Below, piece after piece: positions 1 to 10,480 of a stretch of DNA of 64,000 bases (the first letter of the stretch is position 1; each line of letters begins with the position of its first letter). The position numbers were made by a program, and so were the translations under genes. Under the pieces are notes generated by a model. The model was not told where the DNA came from. It saw nothing but the letters and a program-made list of their open reading frames with translations, and ran no database searches. Origin of the DNA: Candidatus Parvarchaeum sp. GTDB taxonomy: Archaea; Nanobdellota; Nanobdellia; Parvarchaeales; Parvarchaeaceae. Location of the stretch: NCBI GenBank assembly GCA_049965555.1, contig JBMFWF010000001.1:83791-147790 (forward strand), given 5' to 3'.

Positions 1-1593
1 GATGAAAAACCGGAAGACAGCATAGACTTCGGTTTTACACAAATTGTAAAAAACGCTCTTAAAGGAAAAAGATTTTCAATAAAGATGCACAACTCTGACA
101 GGATACTGGAAATAGAAACTGATAGCAACAAACTGCTTATTGAAATGTTCTCCAAGGGCAATATCATACTATTAAAGGATGAAAAGATAGAAAGGGCGCT
201 TTTCCAGCGAAAATTTGAAAGCAGGGAGATATCAAGCGGCGGGGAATATGTTTATCCTCCGGGGAATAAAAGGTCATTTAACGACATGTACGGCGGCTTT
301 TATTCTATTTTGAAGTCATCTGACAGAGAAAGCATAGTAAAAAGCCTTGCAATGGATTTTTCAATGGGAGGATACTACGCTGAGGAAGCTTGTTTCCGTG
401 CAAAGATAGACAAATCTAAGAAACCACTTGATTTGACTCAGGATGAGGCTAAAGCATTAAGAGAAAAATTCCTAGAGATAGTTAAAGAGAAGAAACCAAA
501 TATAATTGATAAAAAAATATTTTCCGCGATTGAACTGAAGCATATAGAAGGCCAGAAGGAATACTTTAGTAGCATAAACTCCGCGGTTATAAGCTTCTTT
601 GAAAACCCTGTGGAGATAGAGAGAAAAAACCCTGTAAAAATAGAGCTTAACAAAGCAAAAGATAGACTTAAAGAATACGAAGAAGACATAGAATTCATAA
701 ATCAAAACTATGAAAGAATAGAAAATGCAATAATGATTTTAAAGTCATCTGATAAAAGCATGGATGAAAGAGAAAAAGAGCTAGGTAGATTGGGTTTTAT
801 AATAAGTGGGAAGAACATAATTCCTAAAGAAAGGCAGAAACTAAACATAGATATAACCCAAAGCCTGAATTATAACCTGTCTAGTTTATATCAAAAGGCG
901 AAGAGGCTTAAGAACATAGACGCCGAAGCAATAACTTCAAAGACAAAGATTATAAAAAGAATAAAAGTTAAGCAAGAAAACCAGTGGTATTCAAAGTTTA
1001 GACATTTTGTAACATCTAATGGTAGGTTGACTATAATAGGAAAGGATGTAAACCAAAATGAATCGCTAATAGAAAAACACGTGGAAAAAAATGATCTAAT
1101 AGGCCATGCAGATGTTTTTGGCAGCCCATTTGGAGTCATAAAAGACAACGAGAACAAAGGAATAAACAGGAAGGACATGGAAGAAGCTGCTATAATGATA
1201 GCTTCTTATTCATCTGCATGGAGGGCAGGCGCAGCGAACCTTGATGTTTATTTTGTAAAGCCTGAGCAGGTCACAAAAACACCTCCCTCCGGCGAATACT
1301 TAAAGAAAGGTGCATTTTACATAGACGGAAAAAGAGACTACATCAGAAACGCCCAGCTTGGCGTTTACCTTTCTGTGGAGATAAAAGAAGAGCTGGCAGA
1401 CCTAAAAGTTACTCCATATGAGCCAAACGCAAACTTTTTCCTCATAAAACCTGGAAACAAAAAAAGAGATGAGATTGTAAGAAAGATAAACAGGGCCCTG
1501 TCACAGAAGTATTCGGTCCAGATAAATGAAGATTACATAGACAGGCTTATACCTCAGGGGAAGTCTTCGATAGAGAAAATTAAACTTATCTGA
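1..1593 (+). CDS. NFACT-family RNA-binding protein (fibronectin-binding protein A / Rqc2-NEMF homologue), 5' end truncated by the window edge
   Basis: Frame 1 is open from nt 1 into the listed ORF at 85..1593 with no upstream stop; C-terminal region resembles NFACT-R/DUF814 proteins (GHADVFGSPFGVI, GAFYIDGKRDYIRNAQLG). Confidence 0.5.
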   Translation, partial: DEKPEDSIDFGFTQIVKNALKGKRFSIKMHNSDRILEIETDSNKLLIEMFSKGNIILLKDEKIERALFQRKFESREISSGGEYVYPPGNKRSFNDMYGGFYSILKSSDRESIVKSLAMDFSMGGYYAEEACFRAKIDKSKKPLDLTQDEAKALREKFLEIVKEKKPNIIDKKIFSAIELKHIEGQKEYFSSINSAVISFFENPVEIERKNPVKIELNKAKDRLKEYEEDIEFINQNYERIENAIMILKSSDKSMDEREKELGRLGFIISGKNIIPKERQKLNIDITQSLNYNLSSLYQKAKRLKNIDAEAITSKTKIIKRIKVKQENQWYSKFRHFVTSNGRLTIIGKDVNQNESLIEKHVEKNDLIGHADVFGSPFGVIKDNENKGINRKDMEEAAIMIASYSSAWRAGAANLDVYFVKPEQVTKTPPSGEYLKKGAFYIDGKRDYIRNAQLGVYLSVEIKEELADLKVTPYEPNANFFLIKPGNKKRDEIVRKINRALSQKYSVQINEDYIDRLIPQGKSSIEKIKLI

Positions 1594-1812
1594 TCACTTT
1601 GACGAATGCTCTATTATGAACTCTTCTATAGCCTTGTTTTTCGCAAGTTTTGTTATAAAGCCTGCTATCTTATTCCTATTTCTTTTCTGAGCAGTTATAA
1701 CCTTGTTCAATGCTTCCTTGTTGCTTTCGAAATTGTCATTGAAAAGGTTTTTGTACCTCTTAAGTACCTCTATAGTTGCATTCCTTATTTCCTTGCCTCT
1801 TATCCTTCCCAT
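1594..1812 (-). CDS. rps17e: ribosomal protein S17e (eS17)
   Basis: 72 aa; MGRIRGKEIRNATIEVLKRY..FNDNFESNKEALNKV matches the eS17 N-terminal consensus (MGxIR.K.IK..A..L...Y...F...F..NK). Confidence 0.65.
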   Translation of the reverse strand: MGRIRGKEIRNATIEVLKRYKNLFNDNFESNKEALNKVITAQKRNRNKIAGFITKLAKNKAIEEFIIEHSSK

Positions 1813-1923
1813 ATTTGATTAAAGATGCTGACACTACTATTTAATATTATCTTTTTGACAAATTGTTTAACTTAGTTACAAAATCACAAATCCTTTTATA
1901 GTAATTTAATTATTATATTTCAT

Positions 1924-1995
1924 GCCTAGGTGGCTCAGTGGTAAAGCGTCTCCTTGGTAAGGAGAAGATCGCGAGTCCGATTCTCGCCCTAGGCT
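1924..1995 (+). tRNA. tRNA-Thr (anticodon GGU)
   Basis: Cloverleaf folded by hand: acceptor gcctagg/cctaggc, anticodon stem tctcc/ggaga with loop ttGGTaa, T-arm gcgag-tccgatt-ctcgc, discriminator U; no encoded CCA. Confidence 0.85.
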
Positions 1996-2050
1996 TTCTT
2001 AGCTATTAAAAATCAAAAAAGAAGGCATGCAATCAAAAATTAAAAATATC

Positions 2051-2458
2051 TTAAAAATTAGCGAAATAATCATTTACAAGTTCATTCTCTGCTTCATAAA
2101 TGCTTATTTTGTATTCTTTTTCAGATACTTTTTTCTCAAGATCACGCAAGATAAAGCCCACTGTGGTTTTCATCACCAATCCTGGGCCAATTTCCTTTAG
2201 TCGTCTACCTACTATGCCGCTACTGTAAATAACAAGGCCGTAATCTTGTAATATCTTCTGGACCTTGTCTAGTTCATTAATGTCATTAATGTAGTTATTT
2301 AAGTATCTCGAGAATTTCAACGCTCTCGATTCTCCTAATTCATTATAGAAATCCTGTATTGTTTTACTTACTTCTTCCGAGGTAAAATAACCCTTAGATC
2401 TCCACTTATCTGCAGATAACAACTTCTCTAATGTTTTATCTTTATACTTAGTTTCCAT
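2051..2458 (-). CDS. hypothetical protein (135 aa)
   Basis: Clean ORF with compositionally typical codon usage; no motif recognised. Confidence 0.35.
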   Translation of the reverse strand: METKYKDKTLEKLLSADKWRSKGYFTSEEVSKTIQDFYNELGESRALKFSRYLNNYINDINELDKVQKILQDYGLVIYSSGIVGRRLKEIGPGLVMKTTVGFILRDLEKKVSEKEYKISIYEAENELVNDYFANF

Positions 2459-2492
2459 TACGTTTGTATTTATGTAAATTTTAAAATTTTAT

Positions 2493-2771
2493 TTATATTA
2501 TATCTTCTTCGGCTACTACTACAAAATCCCCTATTGATATAACAGCACTGTATGGTATCTCTTCAAAGCCGTTTTCATCTTTCTCGAATTGAAAGGTATT
2601 AGCATATGAAGTGGGATTTTTTACAGATAAATAGACTAGTTCACCGGTTCTTACTTCATATATAAGGTCCTGTACTGTTCCTATTTTCTTTCCGCTTTTT
2701 CCCACGATTGTTTTACCAACTATGGTCCTTGCATCTATCTTCTCTCCCTTAGTTACGCCTGCCATAATCAA
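2493..2771 (-). CDS. PRC-barrel domain protein
   Basis: 92 aa; Gly/Val-rich beta pattern (GKTIVGKSGKKIGTVQDLIYEVRTGELVYL) typical of small archaeal PRC-barrel proteins. Confidence 0.45.
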   Translation of the reverse strand: MIMAGVTKGEKIDARTIVGKTIVGKSGKKIGTVQDLIYEVRTGELVYLSVKNPTSYANTFQFEKDENGFEEIPYSAVISIGDFVVVAEEDII

Positions 2772-2821
2772 CCTCCAGATAATTTTACTAATATTTTTAT
2801 GTTAATATAATTAACTTATTC

Positions 2822-3361
2822 TTAACTTAAAAAGCTTTTACCGTCATTAAAGAATATAAAATATCTGTCATTTTCAACGTAGCCACTTTCTATTGGATTT
2901 AAGCTACTTAAATCTATATTAGAATGCTTTAAAACAGATATTAACAAATGGCCGTTTTGAGCTGTCAGATCGAACATCTTCTTGATTATGCTTTTACGGT
3001 CCTTTTCTTCTATGTCTTGCAGAACGGTTATACAGAACAAAACATCGAATTTTTCATTTGAAACGAAATCTTGTATTCTTTTCTTGACAACTGAAACGTT
3101 CCTGAATCCTTTTTTAACGATTTCATCGGCCATGTCTGACGGTTCTAATGCAGTTATGTCATTTTCTAGTAGAATTGATTCAAGTATTCCAGTGCCTGCA
3201 CCGACATCAAGTATTTTATCGCTGTCTTTTACTTTTATTCTTGATAAAAGAAAACGAATCTTACTTTCTTGCTCTCTTAAATAAAGCTTTTCATAGCTTT
3301 TGCCTATAGAGTTGTAGTAAGTTATTGAATCCATCTTAATAGGATTTTGCAAAGTATGCAT
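2822..3361 (-). CDS. class I SAM-dependent methyltransferase
   Basis: Motif I ILDVGAGTGILE and following acidic motif II; 179 aa. Confidence 0.65.
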   Translation of the reverse strand: MHTLQNPIKMDSITYYNSIGKSYEKLYLREQESKIRFLLSRIKVKDSDKILDVGAGTGILESILLENDITALEPSDMADEIVKKGFRNVSVVKKRIQDFVSNEKFDVLFCITVLQDIEEKDRKSIIKKMFDLTAQNGHLLISVLKHSNIDLSSLNPIESGYVENDRYFIFFNDGKSFLS

Positions 3362-4769
3362 TCACTTTTGCATCATTGCCGCAGAATATGCACTTTTGAT
3401 TTATTAACTTCTCATTTTCCAGAGGTATCAACCTTGAAGTAGCTCCTGTTTCATTCTTAATTTTCTCTTCGCATTCAGGAGTGCCGCACCAAGAAGCCTT
3501 TACAATATATAAGCTCTCCTTAACTGCTTTTACAAACCTTTCTTTTGAATCTTCTTCTCTTATCCTTTTTTTGCTATCTTCTCTGGCATTTTCAAGCATT
3601 TTTTTGTGTATTTCTTCAAGCTTTTCCTTTATCTTTTCTATTTCATTGAATGCGAGCAAAGACTGCTCGTTGCTTATCCTTGTTTTCAAGGACATATTTT
3701 TTGAGTCGAGTTCTCTTTTACCGACTTGTATTTTCAAAGGTACTCCTTTTAGATCATATTCATTAAGCTTCCAACCGGGGGAATATTCTTCCCTGCTGTC
3801 AAAAAGAACTCGTATTCCCATCTCCTTTAGCTTTGATTCTATTTGCTTGCAGTATTCTATAACATTATCTTTTTCATCCTTTAGTATTGGTATTATAACG
3901 CACTGGTAAGGTGCAATAAATGGAGAAAGGACAAGGCCTTTATTGTCTCCATGCACCAATATCATTACGCCTATTGAACGCATGGAAATGCCCCAGGAGG
4001 TTTGAAATGGGTACTGCAGCTCATTTTTCTCATCCAAAAACTTTATGTCGAAAGGCTTGGAAAAGTTCTGTCCTAGATTGTGTGAAGTGGCAGCCTGTGA
4101 CATGAAATTATTTGGCAAAACCGCTTCAACAGTATAAGTAGTAACTGCTCCTGCGAACTTTTCGCTCTCGCTCTTCCTGCCTGCTAAAACGGGAACTGCC
4201 AGCATATCTTCAAGGAACTGCTTATAAAAATCCAAGATATCCCTCGCGTTTTTATCAGCTTCTTCATCCGTTCTAAAAACGCAATGGCCCTCCTGCCATA
4301 AAACCTCTCTACCTCTTAAAAGCAACCTTGTTTCCTTAGTCTCCCACCTGACCATAGTATTCCACTGATTTATCAGCAATGGCAAGTCCCTGTAGCTTTT
4401 TATCCACTTTGAATAGCTGTCATACATTATGGTTTCGGATGTTGGCCTTATTGCAAGCCTTTCATCTAGTTTAGTATCTCCTCCCATTGTTACCCATGCT
4501 ACCTCTGGATTAAATCCTTCTATGTGTTTTTTCTCTTTCGAAAGTATGCTTTCTGGTATTAACAGTGGAAAATATGCATTTTTTACGCCTATAGATTTAA
4601 ATTTGCTATCTAAGTAGTCGACGCTCCTCTCCCACATATCATAGCCATAAGGCCGGTAGACTGCAAAACCCTTAACTGCCGAAAAATCCACCATCTCCGA
4701 CTTAACTACCACCTGATTATACCAGGAGATTAAATCGCTTTCTTTCTTTACTTCTATCGCTTCGGCCAT
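3336..4769 (-). CDS. proS: prolyl-tRNA synthetase (archaeal/eukaryotic type)
   Basis: 477 aa; class II aaRS motifs; N-terminal WYNQVVVKSEMVDFSAVKGFAVYRPYGYDMWE and C-terminal zinc-binding CGTPECEE...CIFCG typical of archaeal ProRS. Confidence 0.9.
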   Translation of the reverse strand: MAEAIEVKKESDLISWYNQVVVKSEMVDFSAVKGFAVYRPYGYDMWERSVDYLDSKFKSIGVKNAYFPLLIPESILSKEKKHIEGFNPEVAWVTMGGDTKLDERLAIRPTSETIMYDSYSKWIKSYRDLPLLINQWNTMVRWETKETRLLLRGREVLWQEGHCVFRTDEEADKNARDILDFYKQFLEDMLAVPVLAGRKSESEKFAGAVTTYTVEAVLPNNFMSQAATSHNLGQNFSKPFDIKFLDEKNELQYPFQTSWGISMRSIGVMILVHGDNKGLVLSPFIAPYQCVIIPILKDEKDNVIEYCKQIESKLKEMGIRVLFDSREEYSPGWKLNEYDLKGVPLKIQVGKRELDSKNMSLKTRISNEQSLLAFNEIEKIKEKLEEIHKKMLENAREDSKKRIREEDSKERFVKAVKESLYIVKASWCGTPECEEKIKNETGATSRLIPLENEKLINQKCIFCGNDAKVNAYFAKSY

Positions 4770-4872
4770 TAATTTTTAATGGCATGTTAATTAATAAAGC
4801 TTACCGATTTTACAAACAAAAACTACAGATACAAAGAAAGTATAAAAACAAGTAATTATTTCTTCTATCTAT

Positions 4873-7596
4873 ATGTCAAAATATGAATTTGAAGAAATAG
4901 AAGACAAGTGGAGAAAAATATACGAAGAGAAAAAGCTTTATGAAGCTGACGCTGACGAAAATAGGGAAAAATTCTTTGTAACCGTTCCTGTTATGTATCC
5001 TGACGGAAGGCTGCACACAGGGCATATGTATACCTGGACCAGAGCTGACATATTTGCAAGATTTCAAAGAATGAAAGGAAAGAATGTTCTTTTCCCGCAA
5101 GGCTTCCACATGACCGGCGGGCCGATGGCAGGGATGTCTCTGCGTTTGAAAAACAGGGACGAGAAAGCAATAAAGATAATGAAAGACCAAGGAGCAAATG
5201 AAGAAGACATAAAGAGATTTGCAGACAATCCTTTAGAGTTGGGTTTATTCTTTGGAAAGACATACAAAAGCGACTTTAATTTAGTAGGAACATCGATAGA
5301 CTGGAGAAGAAACTTTATACTGTCATACACTGAACAATATTCTAAATTCGTTGAATGGCAGTTCCGTAAACTAAGAGAACTTGGATATATAACACAAGGA
5401 AGCCACCCTGTTGTATGGTGCCCCAGGGAAAACACCTCTCTTGGTGACCATGACAGAGCTGAAGGAGAAGGAGAAAGCCCACAGGAATTCACCATAATCA
5501 AATTTAAAGCAGATAACTTAATACTTCCAGCAGCCACATTGAGGCCTGAAACGGTATATGGGGTAAGCAACCTTTGGGTAAACGACAAAGGCCAATACAA
5601 GAAGGTTAGATTTTCCAATGGTGAAGAATGGATCGTTTCAAAGGAATTCACTGAAAAATTGCCATTTCAAAAGAACGTGGCAGAAAAAATAGAAGATTTT
5701 AATATTTCAGAACTTATAGGAAAAACGACAGTGAATCCAGTAAACAATGAAGAGATACCGATAATAAACGCAGAATTTGTGAAAACGGACAGGAATACTG
5801 GAATAGTAATGAGTGTGCCGATGCATGCTCCTTTTGATTACATTTATTACAACAAGAAGAAGAAAGAAATCAAACTGAAAGAACCGCGCAAGATAATAGA
5901 GGTTAAAACAAACCCCAACTTGATGGAAGAAGCAATCAAACGCTTTGGAACAGCAGATGAAAAGGGACTTGAAAACGCGACTAAATATGTGTATAAAACT
6001 GAATTCAACTATGGAATACTAAATGACAGCAATGGCCCACTAAGCGGAAAACCAGTAAAAGAGGCAAAAGAATATGCAATAGCGCTTATCAAAGATAAGA
6101 ATGCTTACGATAAATTCTACGAAACGTCTGGTGAAGTGATATGCAGATGCGGCGCTAAAGGGCTTATAAAACTTGTAGAGAACCAATGGTTCATAAGGTA
6201 TTCCGACAAGCAACTTAAAGAAAAGACAATAGACTGGATAGAAAAAATGGATATAAGGCCTGAAGAAGCAAAGGCACAGATAATAAATGCCGTATATAAC
6301 ATGGAAGACAAAGCTGCAACTAGAAACGGGGGATTAGGTACCCCACTGCCTTGGGACAAAAACTGGCTTATAGAACCTCTCAGTGACTCTACAATCTACA
6401 TGGCTTACTATACTTTTGCACATATCATAAAAGACATGAAACCAGAGGAAATAACGGATGAAATGTTCGACTACATACTTTTGGACAAAAACCCTGACAA
6501 GAAATTCTCTGAAAGCATTGAAAAAATGAAGAAAGAATTTGAGTATTGGTATCCATTGGATTTAAGGGTTACAGCAAAAGAACTTATAACAAACCACATT
6601 GCTTTCTTCATAATGACGCATGTTGCAATCTTCAACAAAGACAAATGGCCAAGAGGTCTCGGGATAAATGGGTGGCTTACTGTAAACGGAAAGAAGATGA
6701 GCAAGTCAAAGGGAAACACGATGACGATAGATTATGTGGTAAACAATTATGGGGCAGATTCCGCCAGATTGATAGCATCGGCATCAAACGGAATGGACGA
6801 CGCTGCTTGGGATTTAAACAACATAAATGGCTTCAAGCAGAAGATAGAATTCATACTAGAGCTTACTGAAATAATCGATAGCTTCTCTGATGAAAGAAAA
6901 CTTGTAGATGAATTCTTATTATCAAAAATAAACTACCTGATAGAAAACAGCGAAAAGGAATACAATTCAATGAAATACAAAAACTCATTAAATTATTCAT
7001 TCTTTGAATTCATAGAAAACATAAAAAACTACATAGACTATGGGGGAAGTAACAAAGATACCTTGAAGTATGCAATAACTGTTTTTTCAAAACTCAACCA
7101 CCCTCTGTTTCCATTCGTAACTGAGGAGATAAATAATGCTTTGAATAAAGGAGAGCTTTTGGAAAGGTACCAGAGCTGGCCTGAGGTAAAGGAGGAGTAC
7201 AAAAATGAGCTTGTTGAAAATGAATTCGAGGTGCTGAAGCAGACTATAGCAGATATAAACAACCTTGTAAATCTGGTAAACAAAGATCCAAAGGAGATAA
7301 TAATAGGGATAGCTGAAAAAGAAAAATTTGATATATACAATAAAATAGAGGAAATAACCCATGAGAGCAGGGATTTAAAAGAAATAAGAAAGGAAGTTCC
7401 TGCAAACGAATTCGTGAACAAACTACTCAAAAACCCAAAGAGGCTGCCAAACAAAAAACTTGACTATGAGCTTGAAAAGAAGGTCTTTATCGAATCTAAA
7501 AGCAGATTAAAAGAGATGTACAATACAGAAATAAAAATAGAGGAAAGCAGCGAGAGCAAGGCATTTCCTGGGAAGCCACTTCTGATAATAAAATGA
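4873..7596 (+). CDS. leuS: leucyl-tRNA synthetase (archaeal type)
   Basis: 907 aa; class I HIGH-type motif (HTGHMYTW) and KMSKS; CP1 editing domain region; TATA-like gtataaaaa ~30 nt upstream (leaderless-type start). Confidence 0.92.
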   Translation: MSKYEFEEIEDKWRKIYEEKKLYEADADENREKFFVTVPVMYPDGRLHTGHMYTWTRADIFARFQRMKGKNVLFPQGFHMTGGPMAGMSLRLKNRDEKAIKIMKDQGANEEDIKRFADNPLELGLFFGKTYKSDFNLVGTSIDWRRNFILSYTEQYSKFVEWQFRKLRELGYITQGSHPVVWCPRENTSLGDHDRAEGEGESPQEFTIIKFKADNLILPAATLRPETVYGVSNLWVNDKGQYKKVRFSNGEEWIVSKEFTEKLPFQKNVAEKIEDFNISELIGKTTVNPVNNEEIPIINAEFVKTDRNTGIVMSVPMHAPFDYIYYNKKKKEIKLKEPRKIIEVKTNPNLMEEAIKRFGTADEKGLENATKYVYKTEFNYGILNDSNGPLSGKPVKEAKEYAIALIKDKNAYDKFYETSGEVICRCGAKGLIKLVENQWFIRYSDKQLKEKTIDWIEKMDIRPEEAKAQIINAVYNMEDKAATRNGGLGTPLPWDKNWLIEPLSDSTIYMAYYTFAHIIKDMKPEEITDEMFDYILLDKNPDKKFSESIEKMKKEFEYWYPLDLRVTAKELITNHIAFFIMTHVAIFNKDKWPRGLGINGWLTVNGKKMSKSKGNTMTIDYVVNNYGADSARLIASASNGMDDAAWDLNNINGFKQKIEFILELTEIIDSFSDERKLVDEFLLSKINYLIENSEKEYNSMKYKNSLNYSFFEFIENIKNYIDYGGSNKDTLKYAITVFSKLNHPLFPFVTEEINNALNKGELLERYQSWPEVKEEYKNELVENEFEVLKQTIADINNLVNLVNKDPKEIIIGIAEKEKFDIYNKIEEITHESRDLKEIRKEVPANEFVNKLLKNPKRLPNKKLDYELEKKVFIESKSRLKEMYNTEIKIEESSESKAFPGKPLLIIK

Positions 7597-7725
7597 AATG
7601 GACTTACTTAACAGCAATAAGCTTTTTGACATTGTTAATAAGCTTAATACTCATCTTTATATTCCATATATTTATATTCATACTGTTTTTATTCTTTCCA
7701 TTCTTTAGTTTATTCAGGAGAAAAA

Positions 7726-8535
7726 ATGGAAAAAGGAAGCTTAAACAAAGGTTTTGATATCATAGGGAATATAGCTATAGTCAAATTTGATGGAAAACCG
7801 ACAAAAAATGAAAAGCTTTTAGCAATAAATGAAATTCTAAAAAGAAATAAGAATATCGATACAATATTTGAAAAAATAGGAATGACACATGGGGAAGAAA
7901 GAATACCAAAATTAAGAAAGCTAATTGGTGATAAAAGCCTTGCTATATACAAGGAAAACGGCTGTTCATTTTATGTAGATGTGAAAAAAGTGTACTTTTC
8001 TCCCAGGATGGGAAGTGAAAGACTAAGAATCATAAAAAAAGTTAAAGAAGGTGAAAAAGTTTTGGACATGTTCTGTGGTGTCGGGCCATTCGCAATTCCA
8101 ATAGCAAAAAAAGCAAATAAAGTGACGGCAATAGACATAAACAAAAACGCTATAAATCTATTAAAGAAAAACATCAAGCTAAACAAGGTTTCAAACATCG
8201 AATATTACTGCGGAGATTCCAGTAAAATAGTCAAAAAATTAGACGATAAATTTGACAGAGTAATAATGAATTTCCCCTTATCTGCTTATAAATTTCTCGG
8301 CGAAGCAGTAAAAAAATGCAATGAAAATGCGGTTATACACCTTTATTCGTTCATAAAAGACAGAGACACTAATGCTATAAGGAATGAAATACTAAAAGCA
8401 TGCAGTAAAAGATTCAAAAAAATAAAAATAGAAGAACACAGGGCGGGGGAAGTAGCACCTTTCCTTGAAAGAATCTGTTTTGATATAACTTTAAGTGGAG
8501 CTAATCATTCGATCGCAAAAACTAATGAAAGGTAG
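7726..8535 (+). CDS. tRNA (m1G37) methyltransferase Trm5/Taw2-like (Met-10+ family)
   Basis: 269 aa; SAM motif VLDMFCGVGPFAIP and NFP motif (IMNFPLSA) characteristic of Trm5/TYW2. Confidence 0.7.
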   Translation: MEKGSLNKGFDIIGNIAIVKFDGKPTKNEKLLAINEILKRNKNIDTIFEKIGMTHGEERIPKLRKLIGDKSLAIYKENGCSFYVDVKKVYFSPRMGSERLRIIKKVKEGEKVLDMFCGVGPFAIPIAKKANKVTAIDINKNAINLLKKNIKLNKVSNIEYYCGDSSKIVKKLDDKFDRVIMNFPLSAYKFLGEAVKKCNENAVIHLYSFIKDRDTNAIRNEILKACSKRFKKIKIEEHRAGEVAPFLERICFDITLSGANHSIAKTNER

Positions 8536-8556
8536 TGAGCCACAATTAATTTAAGC

Positions 8557-9534
8557 TTACTTATTGTAGTAGGAATCCCATTTTGGAGCATAAAAATCAA
8601 TTTTTGGGAAACTTACCTTAAAACCGTAACAACTGTAAACCATTATATTTTTAACATACTTCAGAAGAGACCAATTCTGCTTTTTTATTTTATTAAGGAC
8701 TATGTCTGCAGCAGAAAGAGACTCGAAAAAATGGTAAAGTTCCTCTTTCTTGAGTACCTGTGGAGCCTTTTCCGCCAACCAGATCTCGAAGTTCTTTGCT
8801 TCCATATCTGATGCAAAGTATATCTCTGTATTTTCAATTTTACCAGAAAATACTGCTGTTATTTTTTCAAATATTGAATCATCGGAATTCCTAAATGTAT
8901 CTAAACTTTTAGAATTTGTTATATATATTGTGTTAAGATCGGTTATTATACTTGCGATATTCCCCTTCGCTCCTTTTACAATACTGTCGATTAAACCCTC
9001 CTGTATTTTAAGCTTGTTGTAAATAACAAGCTTTAAGGCAAAAGCCTTCAATACTCTATTATTGAGTTTGTAAAATCTTGTAATTTCATAAGCTGAAAGA
9101 TACTTTTTATATTTGCTGCGAAATATATCGCCTGTTTCTGATTCGAAGATTATTATAGAATCGCTCGCTATTGAATTTAGCTTCTGCAGTATAGAAGGAT
9201 CGACTGACAGCAGTTTTTCAATGTCCTCGATGTAGATAACCTTCTTATTCTGCTCGAAAAGCGATTTAGAAACTGCAACTTTTTTTATGCTTTCCAGAAT
9301 TAGAGAAGATACACTCTGTGTCTCATCAACCAATTCATATAGATTTATAACCTCAAATGTGGCGTTTATTTCATTCGCAATTGCCTCTGCCAAGAAATTT
9401 TTCCCCGTTCCGGCTGGGCCATTAAATACAAACCTTGACTTTCCGTTTTTTATAGATGTTAATACCTTTCCAGAGATGCTGTTTGAGTAGTTTTCTACAA
9501 ACATTTTTATCTCTGGCTTGAACAAGGAAAGCAT
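8557..9534 (-). CDS. rfcL: replication factor C large subunit-like AAA+ protein (divergent, degenerate Walker motifs)
   Basis: Immediately downstream of rfcS (3-nt gap); FVFNGPAGTGKNFLAEAIANEINATFEVINL aligns to RFC-large LLLYGPPGVGKTSLAHALANE..VIELNASD but with GKN instead of GKT and EDIE instead of DEAD/DEVD; only 325 aa. Confidence 0.5.
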   Translation of the reverse strand: MLSLFKPEIKMFVENYSNSISGKVLTSIKNGKSRFVFNGPAGTGKNFLAEAIANEINATFEVINLYELVDETQSVSSLILESIKKVAVSKSLFEQNKKVIYIEDIEKLLSVDPSILQKLNSIASDSIIIFESETGDIFRSKYKKYLSAYEITRFYKLNNRVLKAFALKLVIYNKLKIQEGLIDSIVKGAKGNIASIITDLNTIYITNSKSLDTFRNSDDSIFEKITAVFSGKIENTEIYFASDMEAKNFEIWLAEKAPQVLKKEELYHFFESLSAADIVLNKIKKQNWSLLKYVKNIMVYSCYGFKVSFPKIDFYAPKWDSYYNK

Positions 9535-9536
9535 AT

Positions 9537-10478
9537 TTATTTAAGACTGGCCAAAAACGCAAGAAAGGCCTGAAATTGTATAAAAGGTGTTGCTCCTTCT
9601 ACTATCCTATAATCTGTCTCTGCAAGTTTCTCGAAAACGTAATTTTTTACTTTATCATTTACTATATCAGTAGTTGAGATTATGTTAAATATAGAGATTA
9701 AAAGCTCTTTCATATTTATACCACTGTCTATTATTTCCGAGAATATCTCCTTTGATTTCTTGAAATCCCCAGACAATGCAACTTTTAAACCTTCCATCGT
9801 CTTAGACACATCCATTAAACCACTACTTTGTAGAACTGCTTTAGAGTCTATCTTTTTAGAAACATTTGAAAGTGACTGCATTAGATTAACAAGGGTTCTT
9901 AAATCACCTCTAGAAACATAATCCAACGCATCCATTGCTTCCTTGTCCACTTCCAATTTCTCGCTATCGGCAATCCTTTCTATAAACTTGTGCACGTCTT
10001 CTTTTGAAAGCGGCTGAAACCTTAGAATTGCACACCTTGACTGTAAAGGCTCTATTATGTTGCTTTGGTAATTAACGCTGAATATGAATCTACAAGTCGC
10101 ACTATATTCTTCCATCATCCTACGCAGAGCCTGCTGGGCTTCCTGCGTTAAAGAATCTGCCTCATCAAAAAGAATTATCTTAAACGGTGCATCTATAGGC
10201 TTCGTCCTTGCAAATTCCTTAACTTTTCCTTGTATAACGCTTAGCTTCCTGTCGTCAGATGCATTTAACTCAATGAAATTCTGATCCCATATCTGACCAA
10301 ACACTGCTTTTGCCAATACAACTGCAGAAGTTGTTTTGCCTACTCCTGGTGGGCCAGATAAAATCATATGTTGTATCTCTTTCTTTTCAGCCATTGCCTT
10401 TAATTTTTCTACTATTTCTTTCTGCCCTATTATCTCATCAAAAGACTGCGGCCTATACTTTTCTATCCAAAGGGCCAT
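9537..10478 (-). CDS. rfcS: replication factor C small subunit
   Basis: 313 aa; EKYRPQSFDEIIGQ, Walker A SGPPGVGKTT, Walker B ILFDEADSLT, SRC motif QSRCAILRF; no intein. Confidence 0.9.
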   Translation of the reverse strand: MALWIEKYRPQSFDEIIGQKEIVEKLKAMAEKKEIQHMILSGPPGVGKTTSAVVLAKAVFGQIWDQNFIELNASDDRKLSVIQGKVKEFARTKPIDAPFKIILFDEADSLTQEAQQALRRMMEEYSATCRFIFSVNYQSNIIEPLQSRCAILRFQPLSKEDVHKFIERIADSEKLEVDKEAMDALDYVSRGDLRTLVNLMQSLSNVSKKIDSKAVLQSSGLMDVSKTMEGLKVALSGDFKKSKEIFSEIIDSGINMKELLISIFNIISTTDIVNDKVKNYVFEKLAETDYRIVEGATPFIQFQAFLAFLASLK

Positions 10479-10480
10479 AG

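Noticed and set aside
5064-5651. 195-aa antisense ORF inside leuS (and similar long antisense ORFs inside ftsY 28180..28854, mcm 58191..58697, rpoD region 62329..62919, ppsA 47247..47645)
   Set aside because: They are fully embedded antisense to strongly supported conserved genes. Long antisense ORFs are expected at this base composition. The encoded proteins are low-complexity Ser/Leu/Phe-rich.
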